A DNA stretch of 64,000 nucleotides, from NCBI GenBank assembly GCA_051294375.1, contig CM119269.1:9303274-9367273 (forward strand). Direction: 5' to 3'. The position numbers and the translations under genes are program-made. The notes beneath the pieces were generated by a model that made no database searches, was not told where the DNA came from, and worked only from the letters and a program-made list of their open reading frames with translations. The stretch comes from Paraspadella gotoi. Lineage: Eukaryota; Animalia; Chaetognatha. Below, in pieces: positions 1 to 12,900 of this stretch (positions are counted from its first letter, which is position 1; each line of letters begins with the position of its first letter).

Positions 1-43
1 CTATTAGCAATGACCGTATTTCATCCACTCTCTCTCTCTCTAG

Positions 44-2604
44 CGGTAATGATGTACCGCCGAGCGATGCAACTCGTCCCCGAGATCGAGTCCCGCGTCC
101 CCGAGTTGAAGCAGCTGCAGCACGCCCAGCGGCGGCGTCGGCGGAGGACGTCGTCCGAGTCACAGGGCGGCAGCACGAGCGAGCAGGACGCTGCCGCCGA
201 CGCCTCGGAGCAGACGAGGCTCGTTGAAGTCCCTACCATCGAGGAAGAGGGTGAGGGAATGAATAGTGGGCGAAAGGTTTGAAGAACCATTGTTCACTGA
301 TAATTGGGGCTTAATTTGGGTAATGTGGTTTGATTAAATCGGGTTTGTTTTAACCGTTTTTCATATTCATTTATTAATAAATGGGGGTTAATTGGATCTA
401 AATTCAGTGATTGGGGTTTAATTTATTCCGTCCTCCGTTATCTACTTCGGTCATTTTTTGCCCGATGTCCAGGAGATCGCGAAAAGGCTCCCTCGATTTC
501 GGAGAGCGACGATTTGGCGAACAAGGAAGAGATGAAGGTCGTCCTCGATCCTTCCGCCTATTTGGAGGAGAACGAGGGAGTCGACGAGGTCATTCCCGAA
601 GGTTGGTCGGGAGGTTGAAATCTCGCGGGATGAAAAGCGTTCTGCTTGATTATTTGTTGTCAATTTACGAAAGGCGTGTCGCTCGTGCAACACCTCACCA
701 ACAAAAGGTTGGCCTCCAACGACGCCGCGGACAAAAAATGCTGCGTTCCCGAGAAAGCGATCGAGGTTAAAATTAATAACTTGAGCTTTGTAATAGTTTT
801 CTATTTAAAGATCATTGACATTGTAATCGTTGTATCTACTATCTGGTGCTCATTTGAAAATGATTTCCCTTTACTTTTTCAGGATGGATCAAAGCATTTT
901 TCCCATCTTCCCCCAGAGATTATGCTGTACATACTTCAGGTTAGTCCAAGCGCGTCTTATTTCTGATTTTGTGATGACCATCCTGACGCGAATGTCTCCT
1001 CCAGTGGGTTATCTCCGAAGATTGCGATGTTCGATCCTTGGAGAGATTCTCCGCCGTTTGTCGAGGCTTCTTCCTACTTGGACGAGACGGGGATCTCTGG
1101 CGGATGCTTTGCCAGAAGATGTGGACCATGGACTGTTTGCGGCCAAAGGTTGGGTTCATTGGCAAATTGTGTAAATGATATATCACAGCTGTTAATATTA
1201 CCCATCGAATTGTTTTAAACCAGATTTTGGGCTACGACTCCTGGCGCCACATGTTCCTCCGTCGGCCGCACCCAATTTTCGACGGGATCTACATCGCCAA
1301 AACTTCCTACATTAGACAGGTTCTTGTTTTTGATCTCTGGAGATTTTTTCGAAATTTTTCTTTCGCGTGAGATCAAGTTACGAGGATGCCGACTGCCGAG
1401 GATGCGATTATATGATATAAGTTTACTGTAATAGTCTTTTATCTTTTAGGCATTCGATCATCCCAGATAGGCATTCTTGGTCGTCCTCCACTAACTTCTC
1501 AACTCTCTACTAAACTTCCCATCCCTTTAGGGCGAGCAAACTTTCGGCAGCACCTACTGTCACTGGCAACTCGTCGAATACTTTCGTTACGTCCGACTTT
1601 TCTCTGACGGTTTCATGTTGATGTTGACGACTTGCGACGACCCCATCACAACCATCCCCAAAATCAAGAGTCGGCACTCAAAATATCCGGGACTCATGAC
1701 GGGTAAGTTGAATCAAAAAGAATTAAATACAATGATAAATTTAAATAATTTTATCCACTTTACACAGGCTATTACCGAACCATGGACTGCAATGACGGGA
1801 AGGAGCGTTTGACGGCTCAGTTGACGCGCGCCGCGCCGGCGCCCGTCGGACCCTCGAGAAGGCCTCCCGGTGGGCGTGGCAACAAAGGTGCCAATGCCGG
1901 TCAAGAAGGAACGCAAACCTTTCATTTGGGTACAGATTTTGAAGTCATTTACTGGGATCTAGTTTCTTATGGTCTTTTTGCGTATTTTTATTCTAGTAAT
2001 TTTAGGTTATATATAAAGGTTTTTGCGGATTCCTAAAGATGGTAAAGATACATGGGGAATTAAGTTAAACTGATGTTTAATTTTTACGAAACTGTAAAAA
2101 GGTGATTGATTTAGTATGATTTTGCTCGAAAATCACTTTCCTTGGGTTCTTATAATAATTAACTATTAATATTCTGATAACGCTTTAAACTTTTTTTCCT
2201 CTTTTTCCTACCCAAATTTAAAAAAAAAACAAAACGTTACTACCCTAATATTGACAACAACAACAAAAATAAACAAACTCTTACTTCCCTCCCAAAATGT
2301 AAATCTCCTTCCTTAAAAGAATCGATGCGCCGATTCGAAGTGATTTTTTCATTTCTTAGAATTGGAGATGCGCGTGACGGGTAAGCGACGCGTCCACTCG
2401 TGCTTGCAGTGGCGGGCCTACGCGGTCCACACGACCCATCGCGTAACGGGTGACACCTCCGTCTCGCCCTTCGAACTCAAGCCCAACAATTATCCCGATC
2501 TCTATTTCTCGAGGGTCAAGAGTTACTCGTCCGTGGCCCTCAAGCCGCTTCGGCTCTTGTCCGGGAAGGGGTCGTCCGGGCTGTGCGGAGCTCGGGAGGG
2601 CTGA
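44..2604 (+). CDS. FBXO9: F-box only protein 9 (5'-partial, 9 exons visible)
   Basis: GT-AG exons 44-250, 473-601, 674-765, 883-939, 1005-1148, 1224-1319, 1531-1702, 1768-1929, 2360-2604 splice in frame. They give [16 protein letters not shown]; an F-box [44 protein letters not shown]; [50 protein letters not shown]; and C-terminal [13 protein letters not shown]. These match FBXO9 motifs as I recall them. Confidence 0.93.
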
Positions 2605-3881
2605 GCCCCTTTTTTTTATAGGGGGCAGTTGGGGGGGACTGATTTACTTCTGGACTTTTTAAGGGAATTACTTAAACCCAACCCGGCTGGATTCTAATTT
2701 TATTTTGTTTGCGTTTTTTTTTTTTTTTCATTTTTATTTCGCTCATTTTGCAGATAGACTCACCACACTCGTATATCATCAGACTTAGAGAAGGTGACAA
2801 GCTTGTGCATAGTTTTGGCTGTGGAATTTAGATTTTTTATGGGTCGGTGCATTTTGAATGAAAGACAAGCGTTTGCTCTAATTATTATTATTATTACTCA
2901 GTATGTTTAATCACTGGGGGCTCGTTCACCTTTTCTTGGAATAACGGTTTCACGTTGCATTATGCATATATTATATATAGCATGGGGTTTTTTTTTCTTT
3001 CCTTCGAAAGAGCAGACGTTTTTTGTGGCGAAATGTTTTGTCTCTGTCATATTTACGAAACTTTACGAGTTATTTGGCGGGTTTAATGATAATTTCGCGA
3101 GTGGCGACTGAGCGCAACGAGACAGGAGACAACTCGCTACATCGACTGCCTTTCCTCATATCGAAATTGGCCCGCTGGATTTGAAGAACTCTTTTTCTAT
3201 GCGCATTAAATGTCGATCTGTGAATTTTTTTGATTAAATAACATTGTTTGAATTAACTAATTTGATTATTTTTATTATTCATTCTTCAGTTCAGTTAGAC
3301 ATGTGTAGAATTTGTGAAATTCGTTCTCAAATTGACTTGCGACCTTTTTTTCAATTTCGAGCCTCCACTAACGGGAGAGAGTAGGTTACCTAGTTTAAGC
3401 TATATATAGTCATTGACTCATTATAGTTAGTCATTTCATAAACACGTTGTCGAACGTTATTGAAAATCTGCCTGAGCGAAACGAAGATATACTTACATAC
3501 GGAGGAATAATATTGGCTTTCATCAAGGTTAATTGGGTAATTTATTGTTCCGTCATTACAAATTTTGCTAAAATCGTGGATAATTCTTTTGTTTTTATCC
3601 GTTGACGACAGCGACGATTTTTTTCAACAAAATAGCGTCGGTCGCTACCAAAGAGATACTAAGTGAATACGTCAAGAAAACTAACCCATAAAAGATTTGC
3701 TTTGACAAATTTAATTTGATACTGTAGAGGTAGAATACTAATTTGATATTAAGACAGTTAAGACATGAACCCACTGAGCCCTCTCGGCTGTATTTTCCAA
3801 AAACGCCCCTTTTCTGTTGAAATCTAACTCAAATTTCTTATGAAGTCTTATGGTGGACTAAAATCCACCAACCGTTCCTCA

Positions 3882-4070
3882 GCGGCCATTGGTGCCGGAG
3901 GCAAGTAATTCACTTCCCAACCCAAAAGGTCCGGGGTTCAAGCCCGGTGGTCGCCTAGCAGTTAAGAGGGACGGGGCGCTTAACCCGCCTGTAACACGGT
4001 GTTACAGCCTGGTCCGAAGCTCAGGGACTGCTTATATTGAACGGTTCTGTCACTAACACATAACAATAAT
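3882..4070 (+). mobile_element. tRNA-derived SINE-like element (tRNA-Gly-like head, structured body, AC/AAT-rich tail)
   Basis: Acceptor stem GCGGCCA(3882-3888)/TGGTCGC(3948-3954), T-arm CCGGG-GTTCAAG-CCCGG, A-box-like TGGTGCCGGAGG, B-box GTTCAAGCC, anticodon loop TTCCCAA. D and anticodon stems are degenerate. Tail ctaacacataacaataat. Confidence 0.7.
3957..4032 (+). ncRNA. Twister ribozyme, type-P5 permutation (predicted; P2 imperfect)
   Basis: Twister elements in P5-permuted order: P5 AGCAGTT(3957-63)/GACTGCT(4026-32); AA; P2' GAGG; GA; T1 CGG(3972-74); minimal P1 GGCGCT; TAA cleavage motif (3981-83); P2 CCC; GC; P3 CTGTAACA-CGG-TGTTACAG; P4 CCTGG/TCAGG closing loop TCCGAAGC. Confidence 0.75.
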
Positions 4071-4089
4071 TACTGTCTCTTCAGTCTCT

Positions 4090-4280
4090 TACCCAATCTC
4101 TCTACCTCACGCTTAACTTTAACCGATTCCTTAATCATAATCCCTAAACTTTTAATCTTATCCTAATCCTAAACCTTATCCCCTAACTGGAAACCTATAA
4201 CTTCACTCTTATCCCTAAACCTCTTCCCTAACCCGATTCCTAACTTACTCGGAAAGCCTAACCCCTCCCCTAATCCTATT
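4090..4280. repeat. Degenerate telomere-like (CCCTAA-type) hexamer tract
   Basis: Repeated ccctaa/cctaat/ccttaa/cttaac variants at roughly 6-nt period. Confidence 0.55.
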
Positions 4281-4443
4281 ATAATTTATTATTTAATTCA
4301 GTATTGTATTTATTTATTTATTTACTTCGGTTTCTTTTCTTTTTTCGTAGTTTATTTAATATTTTGCCTGTGTTAAGTTGGTCATAATTATTAACACATG
4401 ATTAGGTTTCGTTTATTTTGAATATAAGTACTAATGAATTGTA

Positions 4444-4482
<39 letters not shown>

Positions 4483-4593
4483 GCTTTAAAACACTTCCTT
4501 CTCTTCGCCCGCTAATCGTCCCTCGTAAAGACTGTTCCAAGTCTTACTCTCGTCGTTAACGAATTTTCTTTCGAACGAACGAACAGAGGAGCA

Positions 4594-6811
4594 ATGGTGA
4601 ATTCGCCCTGCTGCGACGGCGGCGGCGGCGGCCCAAGCGGCGACGCTCAGTCCGTCAATCGACAAAAATCGGCGGATGAGAAAAAGATGCAATTGAAGCT
4701 CAAAAACCTGGTCAGTCGGCCGGACTTTCTTTGTATCTGTCTATCTATCCTTTCTTTCCTTTCTTTCCTTTCTTTCCTTTCTTTCTTTCCTTTCTTTCAT
4801 TTATTTCTTTCCTTTCTTTCTTTCCTTTTTTTCTTTAGTTTCTTATCTTTCTTTCTTTCCTTTTCTTTCATTTTTACTTTTTTTCTTTCATTTTTACTTC
4901 TTTTTTTTTACTTTCTTTCTTTTTTTGTACTTTGTCTCTTTCCTTTTTTTCGTCCTCCCCTCTCTCTCTCTCCATACTCCCACTCTCTCTCCCTCTCTCT
5001 CTCTATCTCTCTCTCTCCCCATAAGGTCGTCACAATCCCCGAGGAAGAGATCGAGAGAGTGGAAGGGCGACTACCTCCAACTCAAGTCAATCTCAATTTC
5101 ATCCGGACTTTGGAGAGAATTCCTGGCTCGATTCAGGCGCCCGAACATCCGGAGTTTAACCTCCGGGAGTTGGGCAATGTGCTGCCGCCCTGGTGATGAA
5201 ATTCGAGAATTGAAAAAAATGATAGAACAAATCGCTTAACAGAAACATTTTTTTTTTAAATATTGATGAATGAAAACGTTGACGTACTATTTCATATGCA
5301 AACAAATAAAACCTTTTAAAACCGAACTGCCTCTCGTTGGTAATATGTACTTCTACTTAAAACTGTACCAAATACTACCTAAAAACCAGAAATTAAATCC
5401 TAAAAACCAGTTCCCCAGATGCTCCATTACTAAAACGTCGAAAATAATTTCCCTAATTTTCTACACGTTCTCCAAAATCACCAATCAACTTCCAATCATC
5501 AATCACCAATAAAACACCAATCGTCAATCAATCAACCTCAAATCGCTAATACTCGACCTCTCCCACTTACCCGACCTCACCCACCAGGTATGTGGACGAG
5601 CTCCACAAGCGGCCCTTCCCGATCCCTGACCCGAAGGCTCCATGTCTCATCTCGTCGGAACCCACAGACTTTTCCCTCGAGGCGCAGCCAAAGACTTACT
5701 CGAGATTCCAGCCCCAAAGGGTCACGGTGCCCAAAGGTGGAAAGATCGTCTGCTCGTTTCTTAGTTTTTTATTTGTATATTTTTTATTTATTTATTTTTA
5801 TAGTCGCATCCATTCATTCCAATCCAACCCTCCAGGCTTCGCGGAGGTGTTGACGGTCTACTCCAAAGAGGTGGTCCGCTATCAAGTCCAAGGCGTCGAG
5901 ATGACGAATCTCTTCTCCGCCATCTTTTTCAGAGAATTGGTCAGGATGAGAGGGATCAGCTTTCGCGATCAGCTCAAGCACTCGATAGGTGGATGAAGAG
6001 ATTCATCGGTTGATTGATCGATCGATGAATTGAGGGAGGTGGATTCGGGGATCGATTGGCTGCTGATTTGGCAATCAATGGATTGATTGATCGATTGATT
6101 AGAAGATTAAATGGGTGACGACGTGGTCTTCGATCTAATTTATTGATTGTCTTCATGATTGATTGAATGTTCCAACGATTAATGTGACGCATTAAACGTT
6201 TTTTTAATTAATATGTTTGACGGATTGATTGCTCGTCTCTTTCAGAGTTGGAAGAGTTGCGCAAATACCGGGAATCGCTGAAGCAGCTCAAACTCTACCG
6301 CGGTCGCATGGGATCGATGGTGATGACGAACGCGCACATGCACCCGGAGTTCCATATCCTCAACACTTTTCAAAGGTGAGGTGCTGGGGATTTATTTGGA
6401 ATCGTAACGTTTATTATAACATCTATTCATTCCCACATCACCCCCCCCTTCTCAAATCAGCGCCTCCACGTCCTCCTCCTCCACCGCCGGCTCCTCTTCC
6501 TCTTCCGGCTCCCCCTCGCCCTCTCCCGGCGGAAACGGCGAGACCGCCGCCGACGACGCAGCAGATGCGGAAGAAGGCTACGGCGGCGGCGACGACGATG
6601 CCGACGACGAGGACGAGGAGGAGGAGGAAGGGGAGGAAGAGGCCGAGGAGGACGACGGATCGCCGGAAGGCGCTCGCCGGGACTCGAACCGGGAGGCCGT
6701 TAACAAAGAGTTTCGCGACGTGCTGCAGGTTTGGTCTGTCGGTCAGTCTGGATTGTCTGTCTATCCGTCGGGAAGACTGTTTCCTGATAGATTTTCCCGT
6801 GTGTTTATCCG

Positions 6812-6854
<43 letters not shown>

Positions 6855-6916
6855 GGCTGTCTCTTTTTGAAGGGTTTTCATTCATATCAAATTATGTATG
6901 TTTGTCTCGAGGTCTT

Positions 6917-6985
<69 letters not shown>

Positions 6986-7927
6986 CCTTTAGAATCCAAT
7001 TCTACAGTAAACTTACCTCCTTTGTCTCTCCTCCGTCTCTCCTTCCTCACTCCAGGCGAAAGACGATGCCATCGATTACGATCCCGCGGGAGAATACAAA
7101 TTTCCAAAAATGAAAGTCATCGTGACACCGGGGGAGTTCAAGAAAGGTAAGCAATTCGGGGAGCGAGGGATGATAAGGTCAAGTTGAGGAGGGTAGGAGA
7201 GTTGAGAGCGAGGGATGATAAGGTTGAGGAAAGATGAGGAAGACAGGGGCGGAGATGGTAATTAACTAAGTTAAAGAAGACGCGAGCAAAGGATTGTAAG
7301 GTCAGTTTAAGAAATGAAGGGTGGCAGGAGATGAGTGGGTTAAATTGAGATGTTTCTGGGTGAGAAAGAAAAGAGAGAGATAGAGATAAAAGAATAATTA
7401 AACAAATTAATATTTTAAAAGTTGAGATCTCATATTTGAGTCTCTGAGCGAACGATCATCCACTCCGCATATTCAATCCCTCGTCCCAACCCTTTTAGAT
7501 GAAGACCCCAACAGCATCATCTGCACCCGCGAGACTTGCGGGGCCGCCACATGCCGCGTCTGTCAGCGCGAGGACTGCTGCGGCGCTTGCGAGGTTGGCG
7601 GCGCTGCAAAGACGCCGGGCAAACGCTGCAAAAAGTGCGGCAACCCGATCCGAAAGCCGCCGACCCTCGAGGAGCAAGGGATCTGCACGCCGGACACTTG
7701 CGGTGCCAGGCTCGTCTGCGGCGACGCTTGCTGCAAGAAGGACAAGCCCAAGCCCTGCAATCCCGAGACCTGCGGCGCCATCGTCGATTGTCTCGGCAAC
7801 TTAATTCCGGCACCGGAAGAGGAAGATGTGGGGGACGAGTCGACTTGGATGGGGGAACACATTTGCAAGTGGGTGGATGAGTAGAATCAGGTTAAGAGAG
7901 TGGAGACGGTGGTTTAAGATTGGGCCT

Positions 7928-7988
<61 letters not shown>

Positions 7989-8284
7989 TCCTCGATTTAC
8001 CGCAGACGCGACGATGTGGAACCTCCTCCCGCCGCCACCTCCAGAGTCTCCCCGCGCCCGCGATGCTGCGACCTTTGCGGCAAACCCGAACCAACTATCT
8101 GCGACCCGAAGACTTGCGGCGAAACTGAAGCCTTCACCTGCGCCGATTGCCGCCTCGGTTGCTGCGGACAGGCGCCCCCAAAATGCAGCACCTGCGGCGC
8201 TATCGGCGGCGGGAATCGCAGTGCGGAGACTGCGGCGGCGGACCAGGAGTTCGGGGGAGGCGCCGATTGTAACAGGTGATATGG

Positions 8285-8354
<70 letters not shown>

Positions 8355-9142
8355 CAATATCTTCTTTTAGTCGCCTAAAGACTAAAGACGCAACTTTATA
8401 ATATAAGAAGCTTTTCTGAGATAAAAGCCAAAGGTGATGAAAATAAAAAAAACATCAAAATAAAGAGGATGAGGAGGGAGCCTCGAGACTGGCGGGTGAG
8501 TTAGGGAGGTAGGGAAAGAGGGCGTGGTAGATGAAAATAATAAAAGGATTAAAAGGAAAGAAAAGATGAGAAAGAGGAGGAGGAGGAGTAGAAACATAAA
8601 AATAAAGAGGAGGATGAGAAGGAAGAAGAGGAAAAAGAGTAGAAACAAAAAGACAAAGAAAAAGAGGAGAAAGAATAGGAAGAGGATTAATAACATATAT
8701 TTATTTATATTGGTTGTAACAATTTCATAAAGTTAAAAAGTTAAAAAGTATTAAAAACATTAAGATAAAGAGATAGAAGAAAAAGAGAAGGAGGAATAGG
8801 AAAAGAAGGAAGAGGAAAAGGAGTAGAAATATCAAGATTAATAAAAAAGAAGAGAAGATTGTTTTGAACTTGAGCTAAAGAAAGAAAGAGAGAGAAAATC
8901 AGATGATTACTTTGTAGCTTTGGATTCAGAGTCATTCTTTGTTTCTTCATCATTGATTCATTGTTTTCTTCATTGATAATCCATTCGCTCATAACACAAG
9001 AGATTATGAATGTTTTATCTATCAGGTCGACGTCCGACAGATGGCTTTATAATGACGAGTGAATTTTTTATTTTTAATTATCGAGCCTACCGGCGAAGCC
9101 GGTTCAGGATCGATATTGATTCTGGTCAGCTTCTTTGTGACT

Positions 9143-9179
<37 letters not shown>

Positions 9180-9913
9180 TTGATTATTTTTTTCATTTAA
9201 AAAACTTTTTATCGCCATTTATTCTGCGCTTTTTTCTCAATGCAAATCCCAAATTACTATTCTAGGAAAAAAGATTAGCAAACATTTTTTTTAAAGTTCA
9301 TTTATTCAATAAAAAAATATACAAAACATGGGTAAAACATTCTCAATATTTGGTATGCCCTCCCTCAGTACTCGACACTGCCTGGCATTCGTCGCGGGCA
9401 TGCTCTCGTAAAGCTGAACACAATGTTTTTGATTTGTTGCTATCGCCGTAAAAAATTTGCAATGGTGGACGAGGGATTCCAAGATCTCTTGCGATGAATT
9501 GTTGCGTCTTTCCCTCTTTTCTCAGAAGCTACAGGGGCTGTCTATTCGGCATAACTCAAAATTTAAAAAAATGAAAAAAATAACTAATCTCAATTTGAAC
9601 ATAGTAAACAAATAACTCATTACTCAAGAATGTGGAATAAACTATAAAGGCGATTTTTTCCGCCATTTTTTCAGCTTGAGGTAGGCAATCTTATTTGCTT
9701 ACTAACTATACCTATAGCGGTTGGATCTAACGAAAAAATGGAAGAAGCCAAACTGAAAAAAAGTGAAAGGAAATATTAGTGTAGAATCTGGAAAGGACAT
9801 CGCTGAATTTTTTAAATACTCGAGCACAGTTTTCGATCGATATCCTCAATTAAAAATGATTTCTAACTTTTTTCTACTGATAGTATATCCGAGATTTCGT
9901 GGATTTATTCTCT

Positions 9914-9957
<44 letters not shown>

Positions 9958-12900
9958 ATCTCTCTTTCACCATACACGCATTTTGTTTGTGTATTTATAG
10001 GATGATGAATCATTGCATCAATGAATAACTATCATCGCATCAATAATGACTATCATCGTATCAATGAATGATTATCACCACATCAATAAATGGACTTATC
10101 ACATCAATCATTGTGGTTATCATACATCGATCATTAGGTTATCATCGAATCAATTATTGGTTATCATCGCATCAATATTTGGTTATCATCGCATCAATAT
10201 TTGGTTATCATTGAAGGGAGGCTCGATCATATTCTTTTAAGATTTTTTTCATGTTAGTTGTTGGTTTTTTTTCTGTTGTTGGATTTTTTATTTGTGTTTT
10301 CATAAAAAAATGTCACTTTTAGTTATTTTTTTTTAAAAAAAGTTATGGGTTTTTCCAAGTTTTTCCAAGTCAATAAAATTTATTAAACTTTGATTTTTAT
10401 TTCGACGACTAATCCGAATACAGAGCGACTTGCGGCAAAGACGCTTTCTGTGTTGAGTGCTGCAACAAAGGGGCGCGGTTCTGCGACGCCACGACTTGCG
10501 GCACGGGATGCAAGACGTGCAAGAGATGCTTGAAGAAGCGATTGATGTCGGCCGATTGCACTAAGAAGACTTGCCCCGTCTGTTCCGGGAAACCCACTGA
10601 GGATGGGAAGGTTAATTATTTAATCTTTTAATTATTTCATCAATCAATAATTACAGAATTCATGAAATCATTTTTCATTCAACTTACTTTTAACTAGGTA
10701 TTAAATCGTTTATCCATCCATTCATTCATTCATTCATTCATTCATTCATTCATTCATTCATTCATTCATTCATGTCTTGTTATTCGCTTACTCTCTCCCT
10801 CCCTCTCTCACTCGTTCCTTCCCCTCTCTCTCCACTCACTCTCCCACTCACTNNNNNNNNNNNNNNNNNNNNNNNNNNNNNNNNNNNNNNNNNNNNNNNN
10901 NNNNNNNNNNNNNNNNNNNNNNNNNNNNNNNNNNNNNNNNNNNNNNNNNNNNNNNNNNNNNNNNNNNNNNNNNNNNNNNNNNNNNNNNNNNNNNNNNNNN
11001 NNNNNNNNNNNNNNNNNNNNNNNNNNNNNNNNNNNNNNNNNNNNNNNNNNNNNNNNNNNNNNNNNNNNNNNNNNNNNNTCTCTCATTTCAGGTCCCAACC
11101 TGCTGCCCCAAATGCGAGCGCAAAGAATCCGTCGAAGATCTTGACACCAAAGTATCCGAGTCTGCGATTCCACCAGGAATCAAGAGACTCTTGACTGATC
11201 GACATGAAGGCGGAGATTAAGAGAGGATATCGATCATTTGGTTATCATCTGCATGAAGCGCTTCTTAACGCGCGACCTAGATAAATCCGAGTTATCGCAA
11301 TAAAACAAACTAATTTCATCTCTATTCTTCTAGAGTGCCCTATATTTGTGCCCAATTAATTATTGAATTAAATCCGTGTTCACTGCTCTGCAAATAAGTA
11401 TCTTTGGAAAACCAAACAGTTCTAACATTAAAAACATCCTTAACATAACCTTAATTTCTTAGAACCATGTAATAAAGCAGAAACAGTACCACATTTTTGA
11501 GGAAATAAAAATTTACAAATTTTTCCAATCTCAGTACAAATATTCATGGTAAGCAATGTAGAAGGAAGAGGGCAAGGTAGGCAAGAAGATGGAATGGTGG
11601 TTCAAGAAATGAGTGCAAGTTAAAACTACAAAAAATAGACAATGCTATAGTATTAAATAAACTTTAAACCTTAAATTATAAATAAACATATTTAAACCTA
11701 AGTACAATTCAATATAAATCACATGTAACACTAACCTCAATTTTGGGTTCCAGAATAGAGAATAAAAACATTGGCATTTGTAAAGTAGTACAAAACATTA
11801 TTTAAAGTATTTTCATTTTCATTTTTACCACACGTGTTTGAATTGAGAGTAAAAGACCTTTGAAAGATTAAACTGAAACACGCTCGTTCGTAGCTCTCCA
11901 CAGCTGATCGCGGGAGAGTAAATTCAGATAATTCAACCGGAAACAAATGAATTCATCGATCTAAACGAAACTAAACCCAATTATACACGAAAAAAAAGGG
12001 CATCGCTTTTCTCCATCGCATCAATTATTGGGTTATCATCGCATCAAATATTTTGGTTTGATCATCGCATCAATATTTGTTATCATTGAAGGGAGGCTCG
12101 ATCATATTCTTTTAAAGGGATTTTTTTCCAATGTTATGTTGTTGGTTTTTTTTCTGTTGTTGGATTTTTTACTTTGTGTCTTTTCATAAAAAATGTCACT
12201 TTTAGGTTATTTTTTTTAAAAAAGTTATGTTTGATTTTTCCAAGTTTTTCCAAGTCAAATAAAATTATTAAACTTTGATTTTTATTTCGACGAACTAATC
12301 CGAATACAGAGCGACTTGCGGCAAAGACGCTTTTCTGTGTTGAGTGCGTGCAACAAAGGGCGCGGTTCTGCGACGCCACGACTTGCGGCACGGTAATGCA
12401 GACGTGCAAGAGATCTTGAAAAGAAGCGTTGATGTCGGCCGATTGCACTAAAGATTGCCCGTCCTGTTCGGGAAAGCCACTGAGGATGGGAAGGTTAATT
12501 ATTTAATCTTTCTAATTCTTCATCAATCAATAATTACAGAATTCAATGAAACTCATTTTTCATTTCAAGTTACTCTTAAACTACGGTAATTTATGTATAT
12601 TCCGTAATTATTCCATTCTCATTATTCATTCATTCATTCATCATTCATTCTCAGCTTCATTCTTATTAGTCTTGTTATAGCTTACTCTCTCCCTGCCTCT
12701 CTCACTCGTTGTTCCTTCCCCATCAGCTCTCCCCTCACTATCCTCACTCTCCCCCTCACTCTCTCTCTGCTCTCCTCCTCTCTCTCTCTCGTCTCTCTCT
12801 CCTCCTCCTCTTCCCCTTTCTCTCTCTCTCTCTTCTCCCTCTCTCATTCAGGTCTCAACCTGCTAGCCCCACAAAATGCGAGCGCGAAAGGAATCCCGTC

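Noticed and set aside
3882-3955. Functional tRNA-Gly gene
   Set aside because: The D and anticodon stems do not pair, the T-loop is shifted (GTTCAAG), and no oligo-T terminator follows. It fits a SINE head better.
11218-12010. Possible inserted element truncating the exon at 11092
   Set aside because: It has no terminal repeats or coding signal and lies exactly at the junction of a duplicated block, so it is probably chimeric sequence.
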